IMG/VR virus record: IMGVR_UViG_3300043602_000067
Location: 1 to 58,324 of that record
Strand: one strand, 5' to 3'
From: a virus
Taxonomy: Duplodnaviria; Caudoviricetes
DNA: 58,324 bases
The position numbers and the translations under genes are program-made. Below are positions 45,867 through 55,283 of the stretch, one piece after another. The notes under the pieces were generated by a model, which was not told where the DNA came from, ran no database searches, and worked only from the letters and a program-made list of their open reading frames with translations. Positions within the stretch are counted from its first letter, which is position 1; each line of letters starts with the position of its first letter.

Positions 45867-47041
45867 TGGCCTGCAACGAGGGCGTTGACCCTGCTGACTT
45901 CGCGCCTGGAGCGATAGATCCGGTTGACGATCCGACTACGCCGGACCCGGAGGTATCGATCCTCGACGGTGAGGTGATCGTCAGCGGTGGCAGCCGCACC
46001 GCCAAGTTCGTAGTCGAGATGAGCAACGTCAACGCTATAGACGTGTCGATGCGTTACGACACATCGAACGGTGCGGCACAGGCAGGCATCCACTACACCG
46101 CCAAGATCAATCAGACGCTCATCATCAGCGCGGGTAACACGCGCGGCATCATCACCGTCAATATCCTCGAACCGAGCAACTACATCGGCAACTACAACTT
46201 CCGCGTTACCCTGTCAGCACCGGTTGACTGCACGATCGACGATGCGCTTGGCGACATCTTCGTCCACTTTCCCTACGGTGATGGTGGTGATCCGCCGCCA
46301 CCGCCGCCACCGCCGCCAGACGACAGCTCGTTCACCGGCTTCCAGAAGCCCGGTACGGTGTATGACCAGTTCGTGGGCTGCGACTACACCTATTCCTGTA
46401 CAGCGGCGGCGACCGGAGCGGCAATGTCCGGCCTGGTCCAGAAGGCCACTGGGCGAGACATCGCCTTCGATTGGAAGAAGCTCTATCGAGATGCTGGTGG
46501 CTGCCTCTCGTGCGGGCACTCGTGCAACGGCGAGAACTGGCTGACTATGCTGCGTCACCTGAAGAACACCGGCATCAAGGAGGAGGACAGCTCGACCTTC
46601 CGCAAGATCGCATCGTTCTCGGAGTTGAACCGGTCACAAGGTAAGTCGGGGCTGATCGCGGACATCAAACAGGCCATCAAAGCACACGGTGTCGTGTACC
46701 TCGCCTCGCCGTGGTACTCGGACCTGTCGGCGGGGCAACCTGGCTGGAACCGCTGCTACTCGTGCAACGACTTCGTGCTCCAGAACCCGGACGCCAACGG
46801 GCCATACGGCAAGAACACCTCGCCGCGCTGCCTGAACATGAAAGGCATGACCGCGGCCGCGTTCGGCCACGCCTGGATATTGACCGGTTGGAACAACAAC
46901 AAGGCCAACGGGGCATTCGAGATCCAATCGAGCCACGGTCGTGATTGGGGCAACGACGGCCGCGGTTGGATGCCATACTCGTACCTGGGGATCACCGGGA
47001 AGTGGCATTACTTCAAGGTGATCTACGGCGGCGTAGTTTAG
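45866..47041 (+). CDS. Calx-beta domain + papain-like (C1) cysteine peptidase
   Basis: Calx-beta pattern (FVVEMS, YDTSNGAAQAGIHY, FRVTLSAP); poly-Pro linker; DQ...SCTA, GHAWILTGW, QSSHGRDWGNDGRGWMPY. Confidence 0.78.
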   Translation: MACNEGVDPADFAPGAIDPVDDPTTPDPEVSILDGEVIVSGGSRTAKFVVEMSNVNAIDVSMRYDTSNGAAQAGIHYTAKINQTLIISAGNTRGIITVNILEPSNYIGNYNFRVTLSAPVDCTIDDALGDIFVHFPYGDGGDPPPPPPPPPDDSSFTGFQKPGTVYDQFVGCDYTYSCTAAATGAAMSGLVQKATGRDIAFDWKKLYRDAGGCLSCGHSCNGENWLTMLRHLKNTGIKEEDSSTFRKIASFSELNRSQGKSGLIADIKQAIKAHGVVYLASPWYSDLSAGQPGWNRCYSCNDFVLQNPDANGPYGKNTSPRCLNMKGMTAAAFGHAWILTGWNNNKANGAFEIQSSHGRDWGNDGRGWMPYSYLGITGKWHYFKVIYGGVV

Positions 47042-47055
47042 GAAAGGCGGCAAAA

Positions 47056-47805
47056 ATGGTAGCGACACCGGTTAGCCCTGAGTTATCGGTCGAGGTTGTG
47101 GCGGGTGAGGCGACCACACCCATTCTCTACACCGAGCAGATGCTGCGCAGCTTCGACTCGGACGTGACCATCACCGACATCGTGAAAGGCCACTGGCTGC
47201 ACAGCTTCCAGCCGGTGGGCAACGTACCGGGAACCAACTCCCCGGCCTTCGGCTTCTTCCTGGCCAAGCAGAAGGAGCTGCAGATCCGCCATGGCATGAA
47301 CGTGAGCACCGGCCCATGGCCGAGGGCGCGCGATCTCTCCAAGAAGGAGACCCAGTACACAGAGGTTCACGAGTGGGGTGGACACGGTAGTGACTACACC
47401 ACCCTGACCAACGTCAAGCGCGAGAAGATCCTGCACGAGATGGGCCTGGACGCCGCTATCGCGGCACAGGAGCTGGTCAACGGCGGCGACCACGACAAGG
47501 CGATCATCTACGTCTGGAACCGCGGCGACTTCGTTGGCCCGGCCAGCCGCGTGAAGTATTGGAACCGGCCGTACGAGGCGTACGCGGACATGCTGGTGAG
47601 CGCTATCACGAGCCTGCCGTCGATCTTCGAGTCACGCTACATCTGGGACATCGGAGCCGACAAGTTGAAGGAGATCGTCCTCTCGACCGATCCGGTGCTC
47701 CCTGTGCCCGGACCAACTCCTGAGCCACTGCCTGAGCCGATCCCTCCGCAGATCATCATGCTGGAGCACGGCCAGTCAGTGCTGGTATCGATCAAGGAAG
47801 CCTAG
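47056..47805 (+). CDS. Possible zinc metallopeptidase-like protein
   Basis: VHEWGGH (HExxxH) with downstream PYEAYAD; Pro-rich tail. Confidence 0.4.
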   Translation: MVATPVSPELSVEVVAGEATTPILYTEQMLRSFDSDVTITDIVKGHWLHSFQPVGNVPGTNSPAFGFFLAKQKELQIRHGMNVSTGPWPRARDLSKKETQYTEVHEWGGHGSDYTTLTNVKREKILHEMGLDAAIAAQELVNGGDHDKAIIYVWNRGDFVGPASRVKYWNRPYEAYADMLVSAITSLPSIFESRYIWDIGADKLKEIVLSTDPVLPVPGPTPEPLPEPIPPQIIMLEHGQSVLVSIKEA

Positions 47806-47858
47806 AAAGTACGTCCATGACCATGCAAGAATGGTATTGGCGGCTCAGAACAAGGAGA

Positions 47859-48062
47859 ATGACCGTGAGTGAGGAACTGGAGATCGAGCAGGGTCCAGCG
47901 GTGAAGCCACCGGACGAGAACCTGCAGATTGTCCCGGCACCGGATGCGCCACGCGGGCCGTTGGTTGGCTCAGTGCTGCCAACGCCCAACCCAGGGCGTG
48001 TGTTCAACGTCCCAGAAGAGGACATCGAGGCCGCGCGCAAGCTCGACCCGAACGGCGAATAA
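47859..48062 (+). CDS. Hypothetical protein
   Basis: AAGGAG RBS. Confidence 0.5.
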   Translation: MTVSEELEIEQGPAVKPPDENLQIVPAPDAPRGPLVGSVLPTPNPGRVFNVPEEDIEAARKLDPNGE

Positions 48063-48159
48063 GCAACCCGCTACCTGAATAGGCGCGGCGGGTAACAGGC
48101 TCGGTCGGAGCATGCTTGTGGCGGGCGGCTCCGACCAGCCGCACACATAAGGAGATGAG

Positions 48160-48525
48160 ATGACCTTTACCGACTCGATAGCGGCGTTCTTCAGCGCCCC
48201 TGCCGGTCAGGCTGCGTTGGCAGTGCTGATCGTCGCAATCGTCGATCTAGTGCTGGGGGTAGCCGCAGCGTTCCGCGACGACACCTTCCAGCTCGACAGC
48301 GTGGGCGCATGGCTGCGCAAGCACATCGCAGGACGGGTGATCCCCATCTGGGTGTTGCTCTTCGTCGGGCACTTTACTGCTGGGATCTCGTTCGGAGACG
48401 TGCCCGTGCTACTCGGCGTAGGACTTGCCGCGGCTGGCCTGTACGTGGCCGAAACCATCGGCTCGATCATGTCCTTGTGGGGACCCGCCAAGAACCGCGA
48501 AGTGCAGGCCGTCCCACAGGACTAG
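48160..48525 (+). CDS. Holin-like membrane protein
   Basis: Three hydrophobic segments, IVDLVLGVAAA...F, last gene of the late operon. Confidence 0.7.
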   Translation: MTFTDSIAAFFSAPAGQAALAVLIVAIVDLVLGVAAAFRDDTFQLDSVGAWLRKHIAGRVIPIWVLLFVGHFTAGISFGDVPVLLGVGLAAAGLYVAETIGSIMSLWGPAKNREVQAVPQD

Positions 48526-48541
48526 AGGAGCGCGCAAGCGC

Positions 48542-48889
48542 TTACGCATCGAGCAAGGCTTCGGCCTCCTCGTAAGAGGTGATCACACCGGCTACGCCGC
48601 CTGCACGGATGATCTGCTTGATCGTGTGGGCCTGGGATGGAGATACCTGCCCATCAGGCATCTTCACTTCCAGGCCCACGTACCGCCCTTGATAGCAGCC
48701 TAGGATGTCCGGTAGCCCACGCCTCTGCATGGAGCTACCGTGGATCACCTCCCAGAAACCAGAACGCTCCTCTCGTAGCCGCTTGATGATGCGGGTACGG
48801 AGGAGCGTTTCGGCTTTGCTAGGCAGGGCGCCTTGCCCGTGTGAGTGCTCTGCTAGCGCGTCGGCGCTGTCGAGCGCGGTTCTTCTCAC
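48542..48889 (-). CDS. VRR-NUC domain nuclease
   Basis: GLPDILGCYQGRYVGLEVK...SPSQ...I..AGG; true start may be near 48826. Confidence 0.85.
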   Translation of the reverse strand: MRRTALDSADALAEHSHGQGALPSKAETLLRTRIIKRLREERSGFWEVIHGSSMQRRGLPDILGCYQGRYVGLEVKMPDGQVSPSQAHTIKQIIRAGGVAGVITSYEEAEALLDA

Positions 48890-48991
48890 GCACCTTACGC
48901 GAGCGTAGTTTCAAGGACCCGCGGCTCTGCCGACCTTGCGCCAGCAGAACGCCACGGATGATGTCATCGAGAGAGCCTACGAGGCCCATAG

Positions 48992-49654
48992 CTAGATGTT
49001 CTCCAGCTCCTCGACTTCGATCTCGTCCTCGTCGTCCGACGACGCGACCTCTTCCGCTGCCGCTTCGACAGCCTTCTTGGCAGCACGCCCGTTGCTTGCG
49101 GCCTTCGGCGCTGGTGCCTCTTCCTCCTCCGAGTCGTCCTCAGCGGCGCCACCCTCTGCTGGGTTGTAGCCGATGAAGCGCGAGGCCGGGAACGTGCCCT
49201 TGATCTCGGAGCGAACCTGCTCTTCGTAGTTCTTGTCGGTGTACGGCTTGCCGTCCGCCAACGTCCCACCGATGAGCATCCCGATCTTGTCATCGAGACG
49301 CAGGGCGAACGCCTTGCCGGTCGTCTCCTTCCCCGTCAGGTCATCCACGAAGTTGCGGGTGAACCACAGGCCACCGCTGTCGGGCATGATCTGCAGGTTC
49401 TGGTAGACGGTTTCTCCCATACCGGCCTTCGCTGCGGCAAAGTTGGGCGTGCCAACGATGCGTAGCTGAGCTGCGATCTGACGACGCCCTGCCTGGTTGT
49501 TGATCGGCACGTTCTTGGCTGCCGTCAACTGGAGCAGGTAGTCGCCTGCAGGTACCTGCGCGGCTTTCCCGCCGCCTCGTGGATCGAGCTTGGTGAAGTC
49601 GAGGTTGACGACGTTCTCGTCTGTACCTGGACCCTTCTTGACCGCTGTTGGCAC
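48992..49654 (-). CDS. Probable ssDNA-binding protein (DUF669-like)
   Basis: VPAGDY motif, acidic C-terminal tail, follows the Sak4-like gene. Confidence 0.65.
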   Translation of the reverse strand: MPTAVKKGPGTDENVVNLDFTKLDPRGGGKAAQVPAGDYLLQLTAAKNVPINNQAGRRQIAAQLRIVGTPNFAAAKAGMGETVYQNLQIMPDSGGLWFTRNFVDDLTGKETTGKAFALRLDDKIGMLIGGTLADGKPYTDKNYEEQVRSEIKGTFPASRFIGYNPAEGGAAEDDSEEEEAPAPKAASNGRAAKKAVEAAAEEVASSDDEDEIEVEELENI

Positions 49655-49671
49655 TGACTTCCTCCTTAGCG

Positions 49672-50571
49672 CTAGATGGTTTCGAGGACCATGCCGCCTT
49701 CTTCGGCGGTGTCCTCCTCATCCTCGTCCACTGCCGTGGCGGCAAACAGATCGAGGTCTTCCGGTGGCAGCTCACCCGTCTTGGCTCGTATGTCCATGAT
49801 CGCGGCGAGCGTCGGATTAGCCATTATCGCAGGCAAACCACGCACGCGTGTGCCTACGGCGTAACGCGGATTGTCCCGCAGGTGCATCCGCCGTTGCTTC
49901 ACTTTTGATCCGTCAGGCATCACCTCCGTGTGGTCTGGATCTGCGTATAGATGGCCGATCGTTCCCACGGCGCCCTGCAGGACACCGAGCGACGATGGGT
50001 TGAGGTCAGCAACGATCTGGTTCTCGCCAGTCTTGTTGCCGTCGTCGTCGCGCACCTGGACAGTGCGCTCCTGTGCCGTGAACACGACATTGATGGGTAG
50101 GTTGACCCAGCGCAGGATCTCGTTGTTGAAAATCTGCGCCCGCTTCTGCTGGTGATCCATGGTCGGCATGAGCGGATCGAGCCTGTGCTCCTGGCCCATC
50201 ACGTAGCGCAGGCACAGGTTGGTCCACATGGTGGCCGTATCGATCACGACCATCTCGTGCGGGTGATCCTGCGTAGCCAAGAACCAGAACAACCCTTCGG
50301 TCTGCTCCCAACGAGTCAACGGGAACACCGTGATGTCCTTATGGCCACGACCTGCCAGCACCTCTGTACCCGCGGGGTCGATCGATACGATAAGTGTGTT
50401 CAGGCCACTGGACGCACCTAGTGTGGTCTTACCGATCTTCTGACGAGCGAAGAACAGACCACGGAAGGGTCCGAGTGTCTCGTCGAGTGGCTTGATCAAC
50501 TTGACTACCTCGGCCATCGCGGTCTGACGCTCCTTTACGTCAGGTTGGTCCTGTTTGATTGGTGTAGCCAT
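49672..50571 (-). CDS. AAA_24 / Sak4-like ATPase
   Basis: FARQKIGKTT, VVIDT, VVFTAQE. Confidence 0.8.
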   Translation of the reverse strand: MATPIKQDQPDVKERQTAMAEVVKLIKPLDETLGPFRGLFFARQKIGKTTLGASSGLNTLIVSIDPAGTEVLAGRGHKDITVFPLTRWEQTEGLFWFLATQDHPHEMVVIDTATMWTNLCLRYVMGQEHRLDPLMPTMDHQQKRAQIFNNEILRWVNLPINVVFTAQERTVQVRDDDGNKTGENQIVADLNPSSLGVLQGAVGTIGHLYADPDHTEVMPDGSKVKQRRMHLRDNPRYAVGTRVRGLPAIMANPTLAAIMDIRAKTGELPPEDLDLFAATAVDEDEEDTAEEGGMVLETI

Positions 50572-50590
50572 CGCTCCTCCTATATGACCT

Positions 50591-51145
50591 CTAACTCTTC
50601 CTCGATTTCAATAGCCGTCTCGGCTGGCGCTTCATCACCCCACGAGTCCCAGCCTTCGCGGCACGCCGGGCGAACAACTCGATGCGTGGCGCTGGGCTGA
50701 CCTTCTCGGCTATCTCGTAGAGCACGTCGGGCTTGATCGAGTGCCCGGTCTTCTTAGCCTCGAACCAGTTACGCACTCGATCGGCGGGTGGGATAGGCGC
50801 CTTGCCTTTGACGCCAAACATGACGTGCTCGGTGTCACCCCGGAAGTAGTAGCCAAGGCCCAACGTGCCCAGTTTGCGCCAAGTCAACATGGTGACGTAG
50901 CGGAAGCCCCATGCGTCCATCAGGTCTATGCCGTAGGGGATCATTGGGTTGGTGATCCACAGATACAGATGGGCGTCTGCTGCTGACAGTTCACGGATAC
51001 CGCGCAACGACTGGATCTCACTCGGGGAGAGTGTTGGGTATTGCTTGATCGCAGCGGGCAGCGTGTGTGGTTTATTGCTAGTCGAGGTGGGCTTGTCCGT
51101 CTTATATGCCCACGGCGGATCAGCAACGATGGTGCCGTACTTCAT
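50591..51145 (-). CDS. MT-A70 family adenine methyltransferase with frameshifted C-terminus
   Basis: IVADPPW, HLYLW, WGFRY, HSIKP, IELFAR; the conserved GWDSWG lies in another frame. Confidence 0.85.
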   Translation of the reverse strand: MKYGTIVADPPWAYKTDKPTSTSNKPHTLPAAIKQYPTLSPSEIQSLRGIRELSAADAHLYLWITNPMIPYGIDLMDAWGFRYVTMLTWRKLGTLGLGYYFRGDTEHVMFGVKGKAPIPPADRVRNWFEAKKTGHSIKPDVLYEIAEKVSPAPRIELFARRAAKAGTRGVMKRQPRRLLKSRKS

Positions 51146-52149
51146 GCCGCTCTCTTCGGGCGTTTGCCCTCGATCGTGAAATTGTTTTCACGCAGGTATG
51201 CCATGTCGAGGCCGAACAGCTCGCCCCGACAGAGCTGCTGGTAGGGGCACCAGTCGCAGTCCCTGGTGATGTTGCGCACGTTGGTGTTGAGAGTGCTATT
51301 GAATATCTCGCGCGCCGTCCTGTCGGCGTCCTCCATGATCTTCTCAACCACGCCCTCCGAGCGCGGCAGTCGGTACTTGCGGAGGAACGGGCTGGACGCT
51401 GCCAGCGGCGCGAGCGTGTCCCTGTACTCCTTCGGGTCGAAGCCGTTCTTCTTCAGGAAGGTGAACACGGTCGGGTAGTCGGTACTGATCTCCTGCTTGC
51501 TGATGCTGCCATCCTTGTTGAGCTTGGGCAGCGTGGGCGCGACCGACTTGATGTAGCTGTACTCGATGCCAGCCGCCTCGATGCCCATGGCTTCCTTGGC
51601 GCCATGGATGTAGATCGTGAGTTGCGGGTCCATGGTGTGGAACGCGCCCTCGTTGGGGATCTCGCCCCACACCTTGTGGTCGCGTATCCAGATCAGGCCG
51701 TCCTCATCCTCGTACACCAGGTCGAGCACGCCGACGAGGATGTACTCCAGCCCGTCCTCATCCACGACCCTCAGCTCGAAGCGCACCTCGACGCCGAGCA
51801 CCTTGATCTTCTCGTTGCGGTAGTACCACAGGTACGACGCCATGATCCGCTCTACCTGCTTGGGCAGCGGCTCCAGGTCATCGTCACTCTTCTTCTTGCT
51901 GGTGCCCCGATCGAGCTGGCGCTGCTCCTCGTCGAAGAGCTTGTTGTACTGCTTGACGTACGACGCGTGGGCCGTCTTCCAGTCCTTACCCTCGTAGTGC
52001 GCCTGCAGGCAGGAGTGCACCCAGCTACCGAGGTGCAGTGGCCTCTCCAGCCGCTTGGGCACCAGCCGCTGCGTATAGCGGTAGCCGTAGCGCTGCTGAC
52101 ACTGCCGCCACAGGCTGATCTGGGAGTGGCTGACTTTAGGCAGGGTCAT
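51142..52149 (-). CDS. PD-(D/E)XK exonuclease (Cas4/RecB-like)
   Basis: SHSQISLWRQC, GSWVH, GVLDLV...IRDHK, QLTIY, CDWCPYQQLC. Confidence 0.85.
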   Translation of the reverse strand: MTLPKVSHSQISLWRQCQQRYGYRYTQRLVPKRLERPLHLGSWVHSCLQAHYEGKDWKTAHASYVKQYNKLFDEEQRQLDRGTSKKKSDDDLEPLPKQVERIMASYLWYYRNEKIKVLGVEVRFELRVVDEDGLEYILVGVLDLVYEDEDGLIWIRDHKVWGEIPNEGAFHTMDPQLTIYIHGAKEAMGIEAAGIEYSYIKSVAPTLPKLNKDGSISKQEISTDYPTVFTFLKKNGFDPKEYRDTLAPLAASSPFLRKYRLPRSEGVVEKIMEDADRTAREIFNSTLNTNVRNITRDCDWCPYQQLCRGELFGLDMAYLRENNFTIEGKRPKRAA

Positions 52150-52589
52150 TCCCCACCCCAATGCTTGACGAGGTATGACGCAGCCTCAGCCAGCAAAGTA
52201 GGATCGTCCTTGAACCAGCCAAGGCCACTATTGCAGTGTTGGCACAGAACACCTCTCACCAAACCAGTTGAGTGGTCATGGTCTACATAGCCCGTCGTCG
52301 CAGTCAAAGGGCTAGAACAGATTGCACAAACACCGTGCTGGCGTTCAAGTAAAGCAGCAACCTGCGCCTCATCGACACCATACTTCCGTATCCGGTGGCT
52401 AATCCTGGCGCACGTGGGGCAGAACCCGTAACCATCGCGCCTAAGAGTTTTGAGATGGCCGTACTTACAAGTGGTTGTGCGTGGACGCGAGTAGTAGCAC
52501 TGACGAGATGAGTAACGACGCCAACGCTGACCCCTATGCCTAGACCGACTAACTGATCGCCCACAACCACACGCGCACACCGGAGACAC
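52146..52589 (-). CDS. Endonuclease VII-family (HNH-like) nuclease
   Basis: QHGVCAIC, VDHDHSTGLVRGVLCQHCNSGLG. Confidence 0.88.
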   Translation of the reverse strand: MSPVCACGCGRSVSRSRHRGQRWRRYSSRQCYYSRPRTTTCKYGHLKTLRRDGYGFCPTCARISHRIRKYGVDEAQVAALLERQHGVCAICSSPLTATTGYVDHDHSTGLVRGVLCQHCNSGLGWFKDDPTLLAEAASYLVKHWGGE

Positions 52590-52590
52590 G

Positions 52591-55020
52591 CTACTTACCT
52601 CCCCACCAGCGAGTCAGAGTAACGTCCGCGATAATGGGCACAGGAGGGTCGAAGCCGAACATCTCCTCGATCGGTAGGCTCTCCATGACGCTTTTGATGT
52701 GCTCGGAGGATTGCTCAGCCGTGTCCTCGGGGGACTCGAACAGGATGCTGTCGTGGACCTGGCCGATCATCTCGGTACCTTGGCGGGATAGGAACTCGTC
52801 GTGTTCCAGCGCCACCATGGCCATCAGCGTCAGGTCGCTGGCGAAGCCCTGCACTGGTGAGTTGATCGCCTGGCGCTCCGCCATCTCACGCATCTCCTTG
52901 TCGCCTGAGCGCACGGCTGGTAGCCGACGACGCCTGCCGATGGGTGAGTCCACGTAGCCCAGCACCTGTACCTGGCGGCGCTGGCTGGCGTGCCAGTTCA
53001 CGAGTTGCGGGAAGCGCAGGAAGAACGAGGCGCGATAGTGCTGGGCCTCCTCATCACTGACGTTGATGCCGAAGGTCTTGCGGGCGTAGGGGATGAACCC
53101 GCGCCAGCCCATGCCGTAGATGAAACCGAAGCTCACAGGCTTGGCCCTGCTGCGCTCCTCCTTCGTTACGTACTGCGCAGGCTTGCCGGTGATCGAGCTG
53201 GCCATCTCCATGTGCAGGTCGAGACCATCCTGATAGACCTTCATCATCGCCGGGTCGTGGCTGACCATGGCAGCGATGCGCAGCTCGATCTGGCTGAAGT
53301 CCGCCTCGATCAGCATGTAGCCCGGTGGCGCCGTGATGATGCCGCGGATGAAGTGGTCGCGTGGCACCTGCTGGAGATTGCTCGACAGCCTGCCGGTGAC
53401 GGTGCCGGTCACGTTGTAGTTCGGATAGATGCGCCGCTCTCGCGTGACCAGTATCTGGTCCTTCCAGTTGCGGGTGTACGTGCCCTCCTGCTTGACCAGT
53501 CCCCTGTGCTCCAACAGCAGGGGCACCATGGGATGCTTATCCCACAGGTCGAGCAGCACCTCCTCGTCAACAGCCGCGTCCTTCCAAGCCACCTCGCCCT
53601 TGGCTTTGGGCGTCTCCTTGACGATGGGCAGGCCGAGCGTCTCGAACATGAACTGCAGCAGGAAGTGCGAGCGGTTCCAGTTGGCATGGACCTGCTTGTC
53701 AGCAGGGACATACGACAGCATCTGCTCTTCGAGCGCGGCCATCTGCTGCTTCAACGCCACGTGTCGGTCGCGCAGGCGTCGGATGGACACCGGAAAGCCG
53801 CGCAGTTCCACGTCCACCAGCAGGTTCTGGGCAGGCATCGTGATGTGCTTGTAGATGCGCGCCAACCGCGGCTGCTTGATCAGCTTCTCGCGGAAGATGT
53901 GGTAGAGCTGCAGCGTGTAGTCCGCGTCCTTGGCGTTGTAGAGGGCCAGCTTGTCGAGGGGATCATGGCCGTCGTGCTTCAGCCCCTCGGCCCACGGTGT
54001 TGCACCCAAGTACTGCACCGCCAGTGGCTTCAGCTTTTTGCTCAGCGTGTTCTCGTTGAGCAGGTGGATCATCAGCAGCGTATCGAAGAACGCCTGCAGC
54101 GGGCCTGAGCCACGCACACGCAGGCCCTGCAGGTCGAACTTGACGTTGTGCCCGCCGAGCTTCTTACCCTGCAGAGCCTCGTGCATCCCCTTGTAGAACG
54201 AACCGATTGATCGTTCGAGCACCGAGTCTGGCGCCCACTCCGCCTCCCGATGCTCTAGTGGCACCACCCACGCCGTGCCGGGTTCCCATGAGAAGCCGAT
54301 AGTCTCCACTTTGTAGTCCGGTGCCCACGGCTGCAATCCGGCCCCCTCGCGATCGTCGGTAGGCGCCGTCTCGATGTCGAACGCGATAGGTGTATCGACG
54401 CGTCGTAGCTCACGCAGGAACTCGAACCTAAGACCATCGTTATCGACGAGGTTCATCTGCGTCTCGGGCGGGCCGGTGGTATTGCCGTCGAGGAAGCGCT
54501 TGGCTACCTGCAGGCCGGTGCGGAACGAGTCGGTGTGTCCAGGATCACGCAGCACGTAGGCGGGGTGCAGGATAGGCAGCACGGTGCGGCCGTCCTTCTC
54601 GTAGATGGCGTTGGCCTTGCTGGTGATGCCGCTCGTCTTCAGCACGCCCTGCATGGCGGTGTTGCCCATGACGATGACCAGCTCAGGGGCAACCAGCTTC
54701 AACTCCGCGTCGAGGTACGGGCGACACGCCTCCATCTCCTTGCGCGTGGGCTGTCGATCGTCTGGCGGGTAGCACTTCGCCGTGTTGGTGACGAACACTG
54801 TTTCACGTGGAATGCCTGCGCGCTCCAGCTCCTCATCGAGTAGCTGACCAGCCTTGCCAACGAACGGGATGCCCTGCTGGTCCTCGTTGTAGCCGGGCGC
54901 CTGACCGATGATCATCACCCGCGCATCCGTAGGTCCGTTGCCCATGATGCACACCTCAGTGGCGTTCTCGTGGAGCGGGCACAGCGTGCAGGACTCATTG
55001 CGTATCTCGGCAAGGGTCAT
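52591..55020 (-). CDS. polA: Family A DNA polymerase with N-terminal family-4 uracil-DNA glycosylase domain and 3'-5' exonuclease
   Basis: CTLCPL, IGQAPG..ED..G.PFVG.AG, HPAYVLR (UDG4); FDIET, HNVKFD, YNAKDAD (exo); TGRLSS, ADFSQIELR, RAKPVSFGFIYG, VHDS. Confidence 0.93.
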   Translation of the reverse strand: MTLAEIRNESCTLCPLHENATEVCIMGNGPTDARVMIIGQAPGYNEDQQGIPFVGKAGQLLDEELERAGIPRETVFVTNTAKCYPPDDRQPTRKEMEACRPYLDAELKLVAPELVIVMGNTAMQGVLKTSGITSKANAIYEKDGRTVLPILHPAYVLRDPGHTDSFRTGLQVAKRFLDGNTTGPPETQMNLVDNDGLRFEFLRELRRVDTPIAFDIETAPTDDREGAGLQPWAPDYKVETIGFSWEPGTAWVVPLEHREAEWAPDSVLERSIGSFYKGMHEALQGKKLGGHNVKFDLQGLRVRGSGPLQAFFDTLLMIHLLNENTLSKKLKPLAVQYLGATPWAEGLKHDGHDPLDKLALYNAKDADYTLQLYHIFREKLIKQPRLARIYKHITMPAQNLLVDVELRGFPVSIRRLRDRHVALKQQMAALEEQMLSYVPADKQVHANWNRSHFLLQFMFETLGLPIVKETPKAKGEVAWKDAAVDEEVLLDLWDKHPMVPLLLEHRGLVKQEGTYTRNWKDQILVTRERRIYPNYNVTGTVTGRLSSNLQQVPRDHFIRGIITAPPGYMLIEADFSQIELRIAAMVSHDPAMMKVYQDGLDLHMEMASSITGKPAQYVTKEERSRAKPVSFGFIYGMGWRGFIPYARKTFGINVSDEEAQHYRASFFLRFPQLVNWHASQRRQVQVLGYVDSPIGRRRRLPAVRSGDKEMREMAERQAINSPVQGFASDLTLMAMVALEHDEFLSRQGTEMIGQVHDSILFESPEDTAEQSSEHIKSVMESLPIEEMFGFDPPVPIIADVTLTRWWGGK

Positions 55021-55283
55021 ACGGCTCGGCGCTTGTACCACTCGCCCACTTTCAAGCAGAGCCAGCCGAACCCACAGATAGGTATCCAGAGGGGGGCTAG
55101 CAGAATGACCAACGCGCTGCCCAACGCGACACCCATCCCAACCAATCCGTACCACATCAACCGATCGACGATGTTGTCCTCGTCTCCCAACGTACCGATC
55201 AGGTCGGGGTCATACTCGGGGATCGTTGGCCTACGATTGGGTTCCGGGGGTGGGGGCTGGTACGTGTCGCCGCCTGTAACCAT
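55017..55283 (-). CDS. Small membrane protein
   Basis: Long hydrophobic segment; ATGA overlap with polA. Confidence 0.55.
   Translation of the reverse strand: MVTGGDTYQPPPPEPNRRPTIPEYDPDLIGTLGDEDNIVDRLMWYGLVGMGVALGSALVILLAPLWIPICGFGWLCLKVGEWYKRRAV

Noticed and set aside
51142-52149. cas4 as part of a CRISPR-Cas system
   Set aside because: Stand-alone phage PD-(D/E)XK exonuclease in a recombination module; no other cas genes or array
52146-52589. EndoVII gene as an intron-encoded homing endonuclease inside polA
   Set aside because: polA ends with intact motifs before it, so the nuclease is free-standing; its lower GC suggests recent acquisition only
12285-54108. Long antisense ORFs (e.g. 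12285..13640-, 17152..18606-, 20209..21465-, 25290..26522-, 38652..39947-, 51106..52290+, 52990..54108+)
   Set aside because: Shadow frames of clearly identified genes in GC-rich DNA, with no protein motifs
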